Assembly: GCA_964467735.1 (NCBI GenBank)
Contig: CAYXSR010000001.1
Coordinates: 23,244 to 87,243, forward strand
DNA length: 64,000 nt
Source of the DNA: an uncultured Pseudomonadales bacterium
GTDB taxonomy: Bacteria > Patescibacteriota > Microgenomatia > UBA1400 > CAYXSR01
Direction of reading: 5' to 3'
Shown: piece after piece, positions 28,470-39,025 of the stretch
Position numbering within the stretch: the first letter of the stretch is position 1
Layout of the letters: every line of letters starts with the position of its first letter
The notes under the pieces: generated by a model
Database searches by the model: none
Told to the model about the DNA's origin: nothing
What the model saw: the letters and a program-made list of their open reading frames with translations, nothing else
Program-made: the position numbers and the translations under genes

Positions 28470-29040
28470 GTTTTTTCACCTTATTCAAAATTTCTTGATA
28501 AATTCTTTGAATTGTCTGTTCACCATCAATTATTTTTAATACTCCTAATTTTTTATAGAAATCTAGAACATCTTTTTCACCCTTTTTATAAATCCTTAAT
28601 CTTTCTCTTATTTTGTCTTTAGAGTCATGAAGACTTCCATCTGGACTAATTCTTCCTCTTTTTACTAACCTTTCAATTGAGATTTTTTCTCTTACTTTAA
28701 GATAAAAAACAAAATCTATTTTCTTATTATACTTATCTAATTTCTCTTGTAAAAATTCTGCTTGGCTTGGATTGCGAGGAAAACCATCCAATACCCAACC
28801 ATCCTGGGCATCTGACTGTTTTAGTCTATTTTTCCATAGAACAAACATCTCTGAATCAGCCACATAATGTCCTATTGATAAGGATTCACGACACACGTCA
28901 CCCATTATTCCTTTATCTTCCGCGGCGTATTTTCTAACCAAATCGCCTGACCCTAAGTAAGGCAATTTTAATTCTTTAGCTAAAAGTTTTGCTTGAGTTG
29001 ATTTACCTGATCCTTCAGGTCCATAAAAAATAATATACAT
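28453..29040 (-). CDS. adk: Adenylate kinase family protein (short LID)
   Basis: GPEGSGKSTQA, SGDLVR, LDGFPRN; located after secY. Confidence 0.85.
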   Translation of the reverse strand: MYIIFYGPEGSGKSTQAKLLAKELKLPYLGSGDLVRKYAAEDKGIMGDVCRESLSIGHYVADSEMFVLWKNRLKQSDAQDGWVLDGFPRNPSQAEFLQEKLDKYNKKIDFVFYLKVREKISIERLVKRGRISPDGSLHDSKDKIRERLRIYKKGEKDVLDFYKKLGVLKIIDGEQTIQRIYQEILNKVKKHESEK

Positions 29041-29077
29041 AAGCCCTCCTAATCGACCTAATTTAGGTTAACTTAAT

Positions 29078-30361
29078 TTATTCTAAAAAACCTTCATAAT
29101 TTCTCATTAAAAGCTGTGACTCTATTGATTTGGCTGTTTCTAAAATTACCGAAACAACAATTAAAATACCTGTTCCACCGATCATCATTGTTGTTATACC
29201 AGTTAGAGAACGAACGATTGAAGGTAAAATTGCAATAATACCCAAAAAAACCGCCCCAGCTAAAGTTACTCTAGTTAAAATATTTTTTAAATAATCAGCA
29301 GTTGGCTTTCCTGGCCTTATACCAGGAATAAATCCACCATATTTTCTAATTTCTTCGGCAATTTTTTCTGGATTGAAAGTAACTGCAGTATAGAAATAAG
29401 TAAAACCAATTACCAAAAGAAAATAAATTAGATTATAGAAAATGTTGCTAGGATCAAATAGTTTTATTAACCAAAAACCTAAAGATGAAAAAGGTGATGA
29501 AGAGAGTGTTTGTAACCATTTACCAACCATTGAAGGAATTAAAACTAAAGAAACGGCAAAAATTATTGGGATTACTCCTGCCTGATTGATTCTCAACGGT
29601 AAACTGGTTGTTTTTCCTCCATAAAGTTTCCTTCCAACAACCCTTTTAGCATAAGAAACTCTAACTTCTCTTTTTGCTTCATTTACAAAACAAACAGCAC
29701 TAATAACCCCTATAGACATCGCAACAAAAATTAATAAGTGAAGCATATTTATTGTATCGATAACTGAGAAAGTCTGAGCTAAAGAAGTCGGTAAACCACC
29801 AATAATTCCTCCAAAAATTAACAGAGAAATACCATTACCAATCCCATATTGAGTAATTAATTCTCCCAACCACATTAAAAATAAACATCCACTAGTCATC
29901 GCTAAAATAGTTGAAGTTAAATTAAGAACATTTAATTGTTGTATAACTCCCTGGTTACGTAAGATAGCTATTATTCCAAAAGATTGGATAATAGCTAAAG
30001 GGATTGTCAAAAACCTAGTGTATTGATTTATTTTTTCTCGACCATATTCGCCTTCTTTTTGAAGTTCTTCTAATTTTGGAAAAACCATTGTAAGTAATTG
30101 AAGAGCAATAGAAGCATTAATATATGGTCCTAAACTTAAAGCGATAATTGAAAAATTACTTAAAGTTCCTCCGGAAAAAAGATTAAGTAATCCTAAGAAT
30201 TGATTTCTATTAAAAAGCGTTCTTAAAGCTAATAAGTTGACACCTGGAACTGGAATGTGAGCCACAAAACGAAAAACTATAAAAATCAGAAAAGTTATCA
30301 AAAATTTCTTTCTCAATTCATAAGTTTTAAAGAGGCTAGTAAAAACCTTAAAAACTTTCAC
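29078..30361 (-). CDS. secY: Protein translocase SecY
   Basis: [31 protein letters not shown]. Confidence 0.97.
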   Translation of the reverse strand: MKVFKVFTSLFKTYELRKKFLITFLIFIVFRFVAHIPVPGVNLLALRTLFNRNQFLGLLNLFSGGTLSNFSIIALSLGPYINASIALQLLTMVFPKLEELQKEGEYGREKINQYTRFLTIPLAIIQSFGIIAILRNQGVIQQLNVLNLTSTILAMTSGCLFLMWLGELITQYGIGNGISLLIFGGIIGGLPTSLAQTFSVIDTINMLHLLIFVAMSIGVISAVCFVNEAKREVRVSYAKRVVGRKLYGGKTTSLPLRINQAGVIPIIFAVSLVLIPSMVGKWLQTLSSSPFSSLGFWLIKLFDPSNIFYNLIYFLLVIGFTYFYTAVTFNPEKIAEEIRKYGGFIPGIRPGKPTADYLKNILTRVTLAGAVFLGIIAILPSIVRSLTGITTMMIGGTGILIVVSVILETAKSIESQLLMRNYEGFLE

Positions 30362-30804
30362 TGAATGACTTTTCCTCCTAGCTTTTCAATTTGTTTTTGC
30401 GCCCCTTTTGAAGTTGGCAATTTTACGGTTAACTTCTTGGTTAACTTACCATCTCCTAAAATTTTTACCCCTAAATCTTTTGCTTCTTTACCGACAATCT
30501 TGTTTTCAATCAACATCTCTAGATTAACCTCAGTCTTATCAGGAAAAAGATTCAAATATTCAATATCAAGAATTAAGGGTTTTTGTTTTATCGATTTAAA
30601 TTTCCCTTTTCCTCTTTGGAAAGGTAATCTTTTAATTAATGATTTACGCATCTTTGTCCCCTCAAATAAGAGTCCTACTTTTTTTCTTGCTTTCCTTCCT
30701 TTTGCTCCTCTACCTGAAGTATGGCCTCCTTTACCTGAACCATAACCAAGTCCTCTTCTTTTTTTTGATCGGCTAGTTGTTTTTGGCAAATTATTTAGCT
30801 CCAT
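30358..30804 (-). CDS. rplO: 50S ribosomal protein L15
   Basis: [21 protein letters not shown]. Confidence 0.96.
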   Translation of the reverse strand: MELNNLPKTTSRSKKRRGLGYGSGKGGHTSGRGAKGRKARKKVGLLFEGTKMRKSLIKRLPFQRGKGKFKSIKQKPLILDIEYLNLFPDKTEVNLEMLIENKIVGKEAKDLGVKILGDGKLTKKLTVKLPTSKGAQKQIEKLGGKVIQ

Positions 30805-31261
30805 CTCTATCTCCTTTTAATTTCTTCAATGCCGCAATTGTTGCGTAGACATTGCTGATTTTTTTTCTTGTTCCTAAAATTTTAGCCACAATATTTTTGA
30901 TCCCCGCCGCATCAACTACTGCTCTCACTGCTCCTCCAGCAATAACTCCTGTTCCATCGGGGGCTGGTTTTAATAGAATCTTAGCTGCTCCTCTTTTGAT
31001 GTAAACTTCATGAGGAATGGTGTTTCCTTTTAAAGAAATTTTAAAAAGATTTCTTTTCCCTAACCTTATCGCTTTTTGAATTGCTGAGACTGTATCAGGG
31101 GCTTTACCAAAACCGACTCCGACCTTACCTTTTTTATCACCAATAACTGCCAGGACAGAAAAACTAATTTTATTCCCTCCTTTGGTTTTTTTAGAAACTC
31201 TATTAATTTTGATTATTTTTTCTTCAAATTCGCTCTTTATTTGTTCTGGTGTATTAGCCAT
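30791..31261 (-). CDS. rpsE: 30S ribosomal protein S5
   Basis: [21 protein letters not shown]. Confidence 0.97.
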   Translation of the reverse strand: MANTPEQIKSEFEEKIIKINRVSKKTKGGNKISFSVLAVIGDKKGKVGVGFGKAPDTVSAIQKAIRLGKRNLFKISLKGNTIPHEVYIKRGAAKILLKPAPDGTGVIAGGAVRAVVDAAGIKNIVAKILGTRKKISNVYATIAALKKLKGDRDGAK

Positions 31262-31623
31262 TAAAATTTAAGACCTCCTTTTCTCGCTCCTTCTGCTAAG
31301 GCTTTAATTCTTCCGTGATACTTATAATTACCCTTATCAAAAACAACTTGTTTAATTTTTTTTACCAGGGCTTTTTTTGCTAAAATTTCACCCAAGAGAT
31401 AGGCTTCTTTAATCTTTTTACTTTCACCCTTTTCAACTTTTATTGATTTAGTAATTTCTTTAGGATCAACAGCAATTAAAGTTTTTCCTTGTTTATCATC
31501 AATTATCTGGGCATAAATATACTCATTAGAACGAAAAACAGACAATCTTAATCTATCGGAAAATCTTTTGATTTTTTTTCTAGTCCTTAATTTAGCTCTG
31601 GAAACTCTGTTTATATTTCTCAT
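31261..31623 (-). CDS. rplR: 50S ribosomal protein L18
   Basis: RLSVFRSN, YHGRIKALAEGAR. Confidence 0.97.
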   Translation of the reverse strand: MRNINRVSRAKLRTRKKIKRFSDRLRLSVFRSNEYIYAQIIDDKQGKTLIAVDPKEITKSIKVEKGESKKIKEAYLLGEILAKKALVKKIKQVVFDKGNYKYHGRIKALAEGARKGGLKF

Positions 31624-31624
31624 T

Positions 31625-32185
31625 TTAAGCTGTTCCTCCTTCTGCCCCTACCTTCGCCGTCTTCCCTGGTTTAAGCTTCACAAATTCATTCTGATAACGA
31701 ATACCTTTTCCCTTATAAGGTTCTGGTTTTTTTACTTCTCTTATTTTAGCTGCCAATTGACCAACTAATTGTTTATTTGTTCCTAAAACATGAATAAATT
31801 TATTTTCTTCTACTTTAAATTCAATTCCCTCAGGAGGTTCTATTATTATTGGATGGGAAAAGCCAACATTCAATTTAAGATTTTTCCCTTCTAAAGAAAC
31901 TCGATAACCAGTTCCTTGAATTTCTAAAGTTTTCGAAAATCCTTCAGTAACCCCCTGAATCATATTAGCAATTAAAGTCCGACTCAAACCATGAAGAGAT
32001 CTTGCAATTTTAGAGTCATTTTTTCTTCTTACTATTATTGTCTTATTTTCGGCTTCAACTTCTATTTCTGGTCGAAGACTTATTTTTAATTCTCCCTTCG
32101 GACCTTTTATAGCTACAACATTTCCTTCTTTTATAAAAGTAACTGTATCGGGCAATTGAATTGGTTGGGAACCGACTTTACTCAT
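31625..32185 (-). CDS. rplF: 50S ribosomal protein L6
   Basis: MSKVG start at 32185; KGPKGEL, PEPYKGKGIRY. Confidence 0.96.
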   Translation of the reverse strand: MSKVGSQPIQLPDTVTFIKEGNVVAIKGPKGELKISLRPEIEVEAENKTIIVRRKNDSKIARSLHGLSRTLIANMIQGVTEGFSKTLEIQGTGYRVSLEGKNLKLNVGFSHPIIIEPPEGIEFKVEENKFIHVLGTNKQLVGQLAAKIREVKKPEPYKGKGIRYQNEFVKLKPGKTAKVGAEGGTA

Positions 32186-32189
32186 ATTT

Positions 32190-32585
32190 TTACCAAACTT
32201 TACAAATAATTTCTCCTCCAAGTCCTTTTTTTCTGGCTTCTTTATTAGTCATCAATCCTTGTGATGTGGATACAATTCCTATTCCGTAACCAGACAAAAC
32301 ATAAGGCAATTTATCCTTAGGACTATATAAACGACGGCTAGGTTTAGAAACCCTTTTAATCTCAGTTATGGCAGGTTCTCCTCGTTTATATTTCAAGGTT
32401 AAGATTAATAGTTGTTTTAGTTTATCCTTGTTATCAAGTTGATAATCTGCTAAAAACCCATTTCTGACTAGAATTTTAACAATCTTCTCTTTAACCTTTG
32501 AATAAGGAAGTTTTACTATTTGTTTTTTAGACAAATAAGCATTTTTAATTCTTGCTAACATATCTCCAATTGAATCAGAATACAT
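32190..32585 (-). CDS. rpsH: 30S ribosomal protein S8
   Basis: DSIGDMLARIKNA, STSQG, GGEIIC. Confidence 0.97.
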   Translation of the reverse strand: MYSDSIGDMLARIKNAYLSKKQIVKLPYSKVKEKIVKILVRNGFLADYQLDNKDKLKQLLILTLKYKRGEPAITEIKRVSKPSRRLYSPKDKLPYVLSGYGIGIVSTSQGLMTNKEARKKGLGGEIICKVW

Positions 32586-32595
32586 AATCCTCCCT

Positions 32596-32781
32596 TTACC
32601 AACTCGCTTTAGTCACACCAGGCAATTCTCCCCGATGAGCTAATTTACGAAAACAAAGTCGACAAAGTCCAAATAAACGAATATAGGCCCTTGGACGACC
32701 ACATAATCGACAACGATTATGAATTCTCGTTTTATATTTTAATTGTTTTTTTTGTTTAGCAAATTTAGAAACTTTTGCCAT
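32596..32781 (-). CDS. rpsN: 30S ribosomal protein S14 type Z
   Basis: RCRLCGR...CRLCFR, GVTKASW. Confidence 0.97.
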   Translation of the reverse strand: MAKVSKFAKQKKQLKYKTRIHNRCRLCGRPRAYIRLFGLCRLCFRKLAHRGELPGVTKASW

Positions 32782-32783
32782 TA

Positions 32784-33359
32784 TTACTTCTCCTTTTGAA
32801 TCTTTTCAAATGGCATACCTAATAATTCTAATAATCTTTCTGTTTTCTTGACATCTCTCGAATTACTAATAAGAGTTATTTCCATTCCTCTTATCTTGTC
32901 AATTTTATCATAATCTGCCTCAGGAAAAATGATTTGTTCTCTTAATCCAAGAGTATAATTACCCATTTTATCAAAGGCTGTTCTTTTTGTTCCTTGAAAA
33001 TCTCTCATTCTTGGCAAAACAATACTAAATAATTTATCGAGAAATTGATACATTCTTTTTTTTCTTAAAGTCACTTTTAAACCTACTATGTCTCCTTTTC
33101 TCATCTTGAATTCAGCAATTGCTTTTTTTGCCTTTCTTACTGAAGGATATTGTCCAGTAATTGCTGTTAAGCTATTAATTGCTTTTTCTATCGCCGTTTT
33201 ATCATGACTAATTTCACCAATACCTACATTGATGATCAACTTTTCAATTTTTGGTACACCTAACTTATTTTTAATTCCAAACTCTTTTTGTAACTGAGGA
33301 ACAACTTCTGTTATATATTTTTGTTCTAGTCGTGACTTACTTAGATCGTTGCTTGACAT
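32784..33359 (-). CDS. rplE: 50S ribosomal protein L5
   Basis: [23 protein letters not shown]. Confidence 0.97.
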   Translation of the reverse strand: MSSNDLSKSRLEQKYITEVVPQLQKEFGIKNKLGVPKIEKLIINVGIGEISHDKTAIEKAINSLTAITGQYPSVRKAKKAIAEFKMRKGDIVGLKVTLRKKRMYQFLDKLFSIVLPRMRDFQGTKRTAFDKMGNYTLGLREQIIFPEADYDKIDKIRGMEITLISNSRDVKKTERLLELLGMPFEKIQKEK

Positions 33360-33646
33360 TTTTTACAAATCCTTTCTTTTTTGCCATTAGTCATCCGAAA
33401 ACCAATTTTAGTTGTCTTTTTACAAGTTGGACAAACAAAAACTACTTTGCTAGTTGCTAATGGTCGAACAACATCAATAATTCCTCCCGGTTGCTTTTCT
33501 CCTTGAGGTTTAACATGTTTTTTATAAATATTAACACCTCCAACAATAATTGTATCCTTCTTCGATAATATTTTTTCAATTTTTCCTACTTTACCTTTAT
33601 CTCTACCAATTATTACTTTTACTGAATCTCCCTTCTTAAGTTTCAT
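33341..33646 (-). CDS. rplX: 50S ribosomal protein L24
   Basis: KKGDSVKVIIGRDKGK. Confidence 0.96.
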   Translation of the reverse strand: MKLKKGDSVKVIIGRDKGKVGKIEKILSKKDTIIVGGVNIYKKHVKPQGEKQPGGIIDVVRPLATSKVVFVCPTCKKTTKIGFRMTNGKKERICKKCQATI

Positions 33647-34017
33647 AAAACCTCCCCCGCCAAAGAGGCAATTTTATTAAAACCTAATTCTTTTACCTCT
33701 CTTGCTATTGGGCCAAAAACGCGTGTTCCAATAGGTTCTTTGTTTTCCATGTCGTTAATAACTACAGCAGCATTATCATCAAAGCGAACATAGGATCCAT
33801 CTGGTCGACGGTGTTCCTTTCGAACTCTCACAATAACTGCTTTAACTATTTGAGCGTCTTGAACCTGACCATTAGGATCGGCCTGATCAACTACACAAGT
33901 AACTATACCTCCTAAATAGCCAAAACGTCTTTTAGAACCACCGTGGATATGAATTACCTGTAATCTTTTTGCTCCTGAATTATCTGCTGGTCTCAAAATC
34001 GTTCTAAATTGAATCAT
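33643..34017 (-). CDS. rplN: 50S ribosomal protein L14
   Basis: ADNSGAK, FDDNAAV, GTRVFGPIARE. Confidence 0.97.
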   Translation of the reverse strand: MIQFRTILRPADNSGAKRLQVIHIHGGSKRRFGYLGGIVTCVVDQADPNGQVQDAQIVKAVIVRVRKEHRRPDGSYVRFDDNAAVVINDMENKEPIGTRVFGPIAREVKELGFNKIASLAGEVL

Positions 34018-34244
34018 TTTTTAACTACCTCAATTACTTTAAAATTTTTATTTCTGCTAATTGGCCGACATTCTTCAATAGTAACAATATCCCCTTCTTT
34101 AACACCTAATTTGTCGTCTACTAAATATCTTTTTTTACGACGAATCTTTTTTTTGTAAATAGGGTGGGTCCAAAATCTTTCTACTTCAACAACAATTGTC
34201 TCATTCATTTTTGTACTCATTACCATTCCTGTTAGTCTTTTCAT
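34014..34244 (-). CDS. rpsQ: 30S ribosomal protein S17
   Basis: HPIYKK, ECRPISRNK. Confidence 0.96.
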   Translation of the reverse strand: MKRLTGMVMSTKMNETIVVEVERFWTHPIYKKKIRRKKRYLVDDKLGVKEGDIVTIEECRPISRNKNFKVIEVVKK

Positions 34245-34441
34245 TTTTTCTCCTTTTCCTTAATTATTGTCTTTACAATTGCTATTTCTTTTCTTTTTTT
34301 ACAAACATTATGTAAGTCCTTAAGTTGACCGATTGATTTATCAATATTTAATTGGGTCAATTCCTGACTTAATTTCTCTAAAAATTGATAGAGTTCGCTT
34401 ATTGTTTTTTGATGTAATTCTTTTATGTTTTCTTTTTTCAT
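34241..34441 (-). CDS. rpmC: 50S ribosomal protein L29
   Basis: [11 protein letters not shown]; position between rplP and rpsQ. Confidence 0.92.
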   Translation of the reverse strand: MKKENIKELHQKTISELYQFLEKLSQELTQLNIDKSIGQLKDLHNVCKKRKEIAIVKTIIKEKEKK

Positions 34442-34848
34442 TCTTCTTTTTTAACAAATAAAGTTTTAATTGGTATTTTGTTTGCTGCTAGGTACATTGC
34501 TCTTTTGGCAACTTCTTCTGTTACACCAGCTAATTCAAAAATTATTCTTCCTGGTTTAACCACGGCTACATAACCCTCTATATCTCCCTTACCACCACCC
34601 ATTCTTACTCCAGCGCCTTTTTTAGTATATGGTTTATCGGGAAAAATCCGGATCCATAACTTTCCAGTTTTTTTAGTAAGATGGGTAATTGATTTTCTGG
34701 CAGCTTCAATTTGTTTAGAATGAATCCAGCCTCTTTGTTCCGCTTTCAAAGCATATTCCCCAAAGCTAATCTGGTTGCCTCTTTGAGCTTCTCCTCTCAT
34801 CTTACCTCTAAATTGTTTTCTATATTTTTGTCTTTTAGGCTGTAACAT
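34438..34848 (-). CDS. rplP: 50S ribosomal protein L16
   Basis: [18 protein letters not shown]. Confidence 0.97.
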   Translation of the reverse strand: MLQPKRQKYRKQFRGKMRGEAQRGNQISFGEYALKAEQRGWIHSKQIEAARKSITHLTKKTGKLWIRIFPDKPYTKKGAGVRMGGGKGDIEGYVAVVKPGRIIFELAGVTEEVAKRAMYLAANKIPIKTLFVKKEE

Positions 34849-34859
34849 ATTATTAGAAA

Positions 34860-35504
34860 TTATTTTATTTCTTTCTCTCCTTTATAAATCCATACTTTTA
34901 CTCCAATATAACCTGACTTAGTTAAGGCTGGCATTTGAACATAATCTATATCTGCTCTTATTGTCTGTAAGGGAATCGTTCCCCGGCTATATTTTTCTCT
35001 CCTGCTAATCTCTGCTCCAGCAATTCTTCCTGATAAAGCAATCTTTATTCCCTTAGCTCCAGCCGCCATTACTTTCTCGATTGCTTGCGAAACAGCTCGT
35101 CGATGAGGATAACGTTTAATTAATTGGTCAACAATTCTTTGAGCTACTAATCTAGCTGATAAATCTGGGTTTTTCACTTCTTCTATATCTATTTTAAGAT
35201 CTTTATTAGCATCTATTTTAAGCTTTTTTGCTATTTGTTTTTTAAGTAGTTCTAAACCAGAACCACCACGACCAATAACAACACCAGGTCTTGAAACATG
35301 AATTATAATTCTAACTTTATTAATTGACCTTTCGATATCAACTTTAACTACTCCAGCCGCAGTCAATTTTTCCATTAAAAAACGACGAAGCTTCACGTCT
35401 TGTAATAAAAATTCTTTATAATCTTTACCTTGAGCAAACCAACGTGAGGCCCAGCTGTAGGTCTTACCTAATCTAAAACCAAAAGGATTAACTTTTTGTC
35501 CCAT
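34860..35504 (-). CDS. rpsC: 30S ribosomal protein S3
   Basis: [23 protein letters not shown]. Confidence 0.97.
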   Translation of the reverse strand: MGQKVNPFGFRLGKTYSWASRWFAQGKDYKEFLLQDVKLRRFLMEKLTAAGVVKVDIERSINKVRIIIHVSRPGVVIGRGGSGLELLKKQIAKKLKIDANKDLKIDIEEVKNPDLSARLVAQRIVDQLIKRYPHRRAVSQAIEKVMAAGAKGIKIALSGRIAGAEISRREKYSRGTIPLQTIRADIDYVQMPALTKSGYIGVKVWIYKGEKEIK

Positions 35505-35853
35505 TATTTGCCTCCACTTTTGCTTGTAATATTACTATTATGTGACTTGTTCTTTTTAAAATTCTATGTGCTCTTCCTCTAGATGCTGCTTGCCAACGTT
35601 TATAAGTTGGACCTTCATTTATTTTAATTTCTTTAAAAGTCAAGTCTTCTTCCTTCAACTTAGAATTATTAACAGCATTGGCTATTGCTGATTTGATTGT
35701 CTTTCTTAAAACTTTCGCGGCTCTTTTATTGATAAACTGTAATTGTTCAACTGCTTGGCTTGGTTTTAGATTCCGAACCGCATCAGCAATTAGTCGTAGT
35801 TTTCTTGGCGAAGTTCTAATATATTTGGTTTCTGATCTTATTAATTTATTCAT
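35488..35853 (-). CDS. rplV: 50S ribosomal protein L22
   Basis: SPRKLRL, SAIANA, KRTSHI. Confidence 0.97.
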   Translation of the reverse strand: MNKLIRSETKYIRTSPRKLRLIADAVRNLKPSQAVEQLQFINKRAAKVLRKTIKSAIANAVNNSKLKEEDLTFKEIKINEGPTYKRWQAASRGRAHRILKRTSHIIVILQAKVEANNGTKS

Positions 35854-35854
35854 T

Positions 35855-36139
35855 TTAAGTCTTGGTAATAATACGTTTTACCATTTTCCCATGACCTCTA
35901 AAAGTTCTTGTTGGAGAAAATTCTCCTAAACGATGACCCACCATCGCTTCACTAACAAAAACTTCTTTAAATATTCTTCCGTTATGAACTAAAAAAGTAT
36001 GACCAACAAACTCGGGTGGAATTTGTGAAGATCTTGCCCAAGTTTTAATTGGTTCTTTTCTTCCTGTCTGTTTCTGTTTCAAAACTTTTTTTAATAATTT
36101 TTCATCAATATATGGTCCTTTTTTACTTGATCTACTCAT
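35855..36139 (-). CDS. rpsS: 30S ribosomal protein S19
   Basis: [17 protein letters not shown]. Confidence 0.97.
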   Translation of the reverse strand: MSRSSKKGPYIDEKLLKKVLKQKQTGRKEPIKTWARSSQIPPEFVGHTFLVHNGRIFKEVFVSEAMVGHRLGEFSPTRTFRGHGKMVKRIITKT

Positions 36140-36141
36140 TC

Positions 36142-36969
36142 TTATTTTCTCCTTTTAATTATAAGTTTATTTGAGTATTTTTTTCTCTTTCTTGTTTTTT
36201 TACCTAAGGTTTTCTTTCCCCATGGAGATTTCGGTGAAGGCATACCAATTCCTGATCTCCCTTCTCCTCCACCATGAGGATGAGCACCTGGATGCATTGC
36301 TACACCACGAACACTTGGACGCCAACCCATTAATCTTTTTCTACCTGCTTTTCCTAATTGAATATTTTTTAACTGGAGATTCCCAATTTGACCTAAAGTA
36401 GCAAAACTCTCAGGAGAAAATTTACGAATCTCACCTGATGGCAATTTTACTAAAACCGCATTTTTTTCTTTTGATTGAATAAAAGCGGCTGTTCCTGCTC
36501 CTCTTACCATTTGGCCTCCTCCTCCGGGAGTAATCTCTAGATTATGAATAGGTGTCCCCACAGGGATCTTTTTTAAAGGAAGACAATTCCCTACTTTTAA
36601 GTCGGCTTTTTCACTACTAACTATTTCAGTATTTACTTTTAAGCCTTCAGGGGCAAGAATATAACGTTTCTCGCCATCTTTATAAACCGCTAAAGCCACA
36701 TTTGCCCCTCTATTGGGATCATATTCTATTGTCTTGATAACTGCCTTTATATCTTTTTTATCTCTTTTAAAATCGATCTTTCTTAAAAATCTCTTCTGCC
36801 GACCACCTCTATGTCTAATAGTTACTTTACCTTTATTATTGCGGCCAGAACGAGCTTGTAAAATTTCTCTTAAACTTTTTTCCGGTCTCACATCAGCTAA
36901 TTTTTTCTTTTCCTCGATATCTATTCTATGTCTAAGTCCTGGTGTAATTGGTCTTCTTTTTTTTAACAT
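36142..36969 (-). CDS. rplB: 50S ribosomal protein L2
   Basis: [15 protein letters not shown]. Confidence 0.98.
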   Translation of the reverse strand: MLKKRRPITPGLRHRIDIEEKKKLADVRPEKSLREILQARSGRNNKGKVTIRHRGGRQKRFLRKIDFKRDKKDIKAVIKTIEYDPNRGANVALAVYKDGEKRYILAPEGLKVNTEIVSSEKADLKVGNCLPLKKIPVGTPIHNLEITPGGGGQMVRGAGTAAFIQSKEKNAVLVKLPSGEIRKFSPESFATLGQIGNLQLKNIQLGKAGRKRLMGWRPSVRGVAMHPGAHPHGGGEGRSGIGMPSPKSPWGKKTLGKKTRKRKKYSNKLIIKRRK

Positions 36970-37265
36970 TATTTTCCTTTTTCTTCAAAAATTTCTATTT
37001 TTTGACCTTCTTTGAGTCTAACAATGACTTTTTTCCAAGGAGTGCCTTGTTTTAGTTGTCTTTTTTTCCCTACCCTTTTTGCCCTTCCAACTAAATTCAT
37101 TGTCCATACTTTTTCAACATCAACTTTAAAAATATCTTCTATTGCTTGTTTTAGTTGATGTTTATTGCTTAAATTATCAACCATAAAAACATATTTACCA
37201 TTCTCTTTAGCAACAAAGCTTTTTTCCGAAACAATTGGTTTTTTAACAATGTTTACTTTTTCCAT
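36969..37265 (-). CDS. rplW: 50S ribosomal protein L23
   Basis: PIVSEKS, WKKVIVRL. Confidence 0.96.
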   Translation of the reverse strand: MEKVNIVKKPIVSEKSFVAKENGKYVFMVDNLSNKHQLKQAIEDIFKVDVEKVWTMNLVGRAKRVGKKRQLKQGTPWKKVIVRLKEGQKIEIFEEKGK

Positions 37266-37921
37266 TTCTTTTTTTGACTAACTTTCTTTTTATTCAAAAA
37301 AACTTTTTCTAAAACATCAATGCTTTCTTCTGTTAAAATTAAATTTTTCGTTCTAATGATTTGATAAACGTTAAGTTGACTCGCCTGTATTAAAACTAAT
37401 CTTGCAATGTTTCTTCCCGCTTTAAATACATTATCCCAAAGTTTAGGTAAAACAATAACGTTCCTTTTTTCTTTTAATTTTAGTTTTTTCATAATTTTTA
37501 CTAATTCTTTTGTTTTTGGTTTAATCTTATCCAAACCACTAATTACAATTAAGTTTTTATCTTTTAATTTTTTTGTTAAAGCGCTAAAAAGAGCTTTTTT
37601 CTTCATTTTTTTAGGCATTTTTAACTTAAAGTTTTCTTTCCCTGTTGGCCCATGTACTACACCACCACCAACAAAAATGGGTGCCCGAATATCTCCATGT
37701 CTTGCCCTTCCTGTTCCCTTCTGTCGCCATATTTTTCTTGTTGATCCTCTTACTTCCCCTCTCTGTTTAGTTTTAGCTCCGCCTTGTCTTTTATTGGCTA
37801 AGTATACTTTGATTGCCTGAGCAATCAATTGATCGTTTATCTTAGCTGAAAAAATTTCTTTCGGTAAAGAAATTTCCTTTACTTTTTCTCCTTTGGTATT
37901 CAAAACTGATACTTTTACCAT
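37253..37921 (-). CDS. rplD: 50S ribosomal protein L4
   Basis: WRQKGTGRARHG, GGGVVHGP. Confidence 0.97.
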   Translation of the reverse strand: MVKVSVLNTKGEKVKEISLPKEIFSAKINDQLIAQAIKVYLANKRQGGAKTKQRGEVRGSTRKIWRQKGTGRARHGDIRAPIFVGGGVVHGPTGKENFKLKMPKKMKKKALFSALTKKLKDKNLIVISGLDKIKPKTKELVKIMKKLKLKEKRNVIVLPKLWDNVFKAGRNIARLVLIQASQLNVYQIIRTKNLILTEESIDVLEKVFLNKKKVSQKKKWKK

Positions 37922-37922
37922 T

Positions 37923-38576
37923 TTATTTATTAAGTTTAGTAATTTTAATAAGACTTTTTTTTGGTCCGGGAACTAATCCTTTTAACCAAATTTCATTCTT
38001 TTCTTTATCTATTTTAAAAACTTTTAATCTTTTAATAGTTTTAATTATGTTCCCCATATGGCCAGCCATTTTTTTTCCTTTCCAAACTCTACCAGGGGTA
38101 GTTCGCTGACCAATAGAACCGGGCGCTCTCTCCCTATCGGATTGGCCATGAGTTCTGGGTCCACCAGCAAAACCCCAGCGTTTTACTACACCAGCAAAAC
38201 CTTTCCCCTTTGTCTTACCAGTAACTTTTACTCGATTTCCCTCTTGTAGTATTTCCTCGGCTTTTATCTCGTCACCAATCTTCATTTTCTTTACTTCTTC
38301 CTCGTTTGTTTTGCTTAGTTTAACTTCTCTTAAATATAAAGGAGCCGTATTTTTATAGCCGGCTCCCTTAATCTTCTCTTTTAAAGGTTTACTAATTCTC
38401 TTAATACCTTTATTACCAACACCTAATTGAAGAGCCCAATAGCCATCTTTATCTTTAGTTTTTATCTGAACAACACGACAAGGATTAGCTTTTATTTTAG
38501 TAACCACTAACCGTTTACCTTTTTCGTCAAAGGTTTGTATCTGGCTAATTTTAGTTCCGTAAATTGTATTTATCAT
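37923..38576 (-). CDS. rplC: 50S ribosomal protein L3
   Basis: KGKGFAGVVKRW, RAPGSIG; probable ATG at 38576. Confidence 0.96.
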   Translation of the reverse strand: MINTIYGTKISQIQTFDEKGKRLVVTKIKANPCRVVQIKTKDKDGYWALQLGVGNKGIKRISKPLKEKIKGAGYKNTAPLYLREVKLSKTNEEEVKKMKIGDEIKAEEILQEGNRVKVTGKTKGKGFAGVVKRWGFAGGPRTHGQSDRERAPGSIGQRTTPGRVWKGKKMAGHMGNIIKTIKRLKVFKIDKEKNEIWLKGLVPGPKKSLIKITKLNK

Positions 38577-38635
38577 ATTTTTTGCCAAACAAAAACTACC
38601 TCCGGTCAAAAACTCAAAGAGGAATAAAACTTTTA

Positions 38636-38944
38636 TTACATTTTTACTTCTATTCCGACACCGGCAGGCAGTTCCAAGTGCATCAAGGAATCAATAGTCT
38701 TATTGGTTGGCTGAATAATATCAATCAGCCTCTTATGAGTTAAGACCTGAAAATGTTCTCGAGCATCTTTATCAGTATGTGGACTGGTTACTACGGCAAT
38801 TAACTTCCTTCTAGTCGGTAAAGGAACCGGTCCAATTACTTTAGCTCCTGTTGATAGGGCAGTCTCTAAAATCTTTTGACAACATTCATCAATTACTCGA
38901 TGATCAAAAGCTTTTAGTTTTACTCTAATTCTGTCTTTTGGCAT
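38636..38944 (-). CDS. rpsJ: 30S ribosomal protein S10
   Basis: IRVKLKAFD, GPVPLPT, THKRLIDI. Confidence 0.97.
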   Translation of the reverse strand: MPKDRIRVKLKAFDHRVIDECCQKILETALSTGAKVIGPVPLPTRRKLIAVVTSPHTDKDAREHFQVLTHKRLIDIIQPTNKTIDSLMHLELPAGVGIEVKM

Positions 38945-38954
38945 TTTAAAGAAC

Positions 38955-39007
38955 AAGCATAACCAAGGTTGATTGTTTTTATCAGTCCTGGTTTAATGCT
39001 TTTTTTT
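38955..39007. terminator. Long imperfect hairpin between tuf and rpsJ
   Basis: AAGCAT-AACCAAGG-TTGAT...ATCAG-T-CCTGGTT-TA-ATGCTT, followed by a T-run on the + strand. Confidence 0.5.
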
Positions 39008-39025
39008 AAATTTCCTTTTACCAAT

